The notes under the pieces were generated by a model. That model ran no database searches, had not been told where the DNA came from, and was given only the letters and a program-made list of their open reading frames with translations. Both the position numbers and the translations under genes were made by a program. Shown here in pieces: positions 62,001 to 64,000 of a DNA stretch of 64,000 nt; position 1 is the first letter of the stretch, and each line of letters begins with the position of its first letter. Source of the stretch: Takakia lepidozioides (lineage: Eukaryota; Plantae; Bryophyta); contig CM060732.1 in NCBI GenBank assembly GCA_030704615.1, positions 1,674,001 to 1,738,000 on the forward strand. The letters run 5' to 3'.

Positions 62001-64000
62001 AACCAGCTCCCAGGAATCACCCTGGGGAATATGAGCATTATCCGGAAAATGAGATGGTATTTATAGCAGGTAAGAGATTTGAATACAAGGGCATACCCTA
62101 GCCCAAGGAGGGCCGAAGGGCATATGGACTGAAAGAGACTTCCCAATGAGAAGAGGGAATTCATTGCTCCACAAGAGAAACAGACCAAAATTTCTGCATA
62201 ACGATCACCGAATGGCTGGAAGAGCATGAAAGGAATTTTATAATGTCCCAGTGAAGGCCGAAGAGCCTGTGGACCCAAAGAAAGATCGAAAAAGAGAGAG
62301 GAGGACCCACATCTCATCTTAAGCTGGCACAGATGTTGTAGTGTAACACTCTGACAAGAACACTCTTGAGGGCAGGACCCTTTTGTGGGGAGGAGGCTAT
62401 CTTTGAGGCCAGAACCACCTTCTTCTCTGTCTTCTCTGATACATTCTGAAATAATGGTATACTGGTCTGCAGAAACTTAGACAGCGGGAGGAAGCCCTCA
62501 AACAAATTGACGAATTTTCTCAGGATTCAGCAAGAAAGCAATTGGAGTCGCTGACGAGGTCCGAGTATTTCTTGTTGTGATTGTTGGTTTGGTTGATGTA
62601 ACTGAAGTTTGAGTAGAATGGTCACTCTCACTTAATCCACTGAGGAGCTTGGGTCTCACGGTCTTGCTGTGCACCCTTTTTCCATACTGTCATCTCCCTG
62701 CATAACCATATATAGTTAATCCTTCTGCTTTAATGGAGGAATCTGATCACCACCAGTCAATTTTGTGTACATGTACCAGATTTGGGGAAGACTTTGGTGT
62801 CTTTTTACAGGGTTTTTCATTCCTTGCAGGAGCCTTAGTCATGAGGACCCACAAGTGTTTAGCGTCTTTCTTTCTTGCATAAGGCCTTCCTTCTTTACAG
62901 AATCTTTGGGATTTGTTTTCTTCTTGGTTTTACTGGTTCCACTCTGTTGTCCCTGGACCCGCTGGGCCTGCCCTGGCGTAATAACATGATTTGTGTTCTT
63001 GTAGGTCCTCTGACAAGGCTGCAGGCTGATGAGTACATCATTTGATCTCTCTTTTGTATTCTTGAGGGTTGGGGCATTGCTTTCTGTGTGCTTCCCTTGT
63101 TTTGTTTTTTCCTTCAGCAAGTAGTCTGGAAGACACTCTTTAGTTCAATTGTGGCATGTGTGATGACCTCTCAGGGAGGTGGAGAAAGTGAAGTGTGAAC
63201 TGGCGGAAAAAAGCCAGGAACTTACGAAAGCATTTGCCTTTTCCAAACAGACTTACCAAGTGCATTCTCTTTCTTTCCTAAACACCCTAGTCTTTGTCCG
63301 TCTGTCCCTGGGAAACTGTTTGACTAGTGACACATCATGTTTCTGTTCCACCAAGTTTAGTAACATTCCAAGGCAGCAGAAGCAACAGATTGTGCACCAC
63401 GCAATTGAAGGATATGAGTGTAGTGTAGATGCAAAGGATAGTGTCTCGGGATTCTATCATTTCTTCAAACATGCTCACATCCAAAAAGTGCGATTGACAT
63501 TTTTTTGACGATTAATGTAGGATTGCTGTTGCCTGGGGTTGATCCACTTGGACAGGAGCTTGAAGAATTGAAGAAGTTTCGTCATAAAGAGGTCTGATAA
63601 CCCTCAAATTATCCTGCAAACTTGTCAGTGGAGAATGCTAAAACTGCATTAAGAGGAAAATTGTATGATATGAAAATCGAGAGTCATCTCTGCCATGATC
63701 CTTGTCATGGACTGTGCTCCAAGTGCAGACATCCACATGAAGTCTTTCATGTGAGCCCTGCAGCATTGGACTGGATACAAGCTGCATGCTAAAAAGATCT
63801 GGAAAACATTTGTCTTTGCTACTTACTGGCCTAATAACAATTTCAGTAATAGCAAGGAGACAATTAGGTGATAGTCCTTCAGGACTGATCATGTCAACTG
63901 AGGCCACATAAAGATGAGACATGATGTCGCTCACATCAGCTGGCACTGGATACAGCTTTTGAATTAAGACATACTAGTGTAGTGGGCTTCATTTCCGGAT

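Noticed and set aside
62000-64000. Further LINE or gene remnants
   Set aside because: Only a weak hint (CLLAITE) without supporting motifs

Overview
Repeat-rich eukaryotic nuclear DNA, most likely from a non-seed land plant (inferred from PLS-type PPR fragments, spliceosomal introns, non-chromovirus Ty3/gypsy elements and a Penelope-like RT). The window holds three pieces of one Ty3/gypsy family: a near-complete copy at 1-9729 (-), a 3' end with PPT and LTR at 20579-23553 (-), and a deleted copy at 40948-46470 (+) inserted into another element's integrase. It also holds scrambled PPR pseudogene modules, a decayed coiled-coil/RING gene, a Penelope-like RT fragment, a hAT fragment and LINE remnants. 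One host gene looks intact: an intron-rich tandem retropepsin-like aspartyl protease at 48408-58647 (-). Two items stand out. (1) An intron-containing pseudogene at 28284-31340 joins a ParB/Srx-like domain to a beta-class N4/N6 DNA-methyltransferase-like domain and lies downstream of a regularly spaced array of TTCATCC-N5-GGATGAA palindromes (26347-27064). (2) A long LINE at 31560-38830 (-) carries a 2A-like peptide, APE, RT, chromodomain, a PCIF1/N6-adenine-MTase-like segment and RNase H, with an internal inversion bounded by 5-bp microhomology. All domain calls come from motif recognition by eye; no searches were run.
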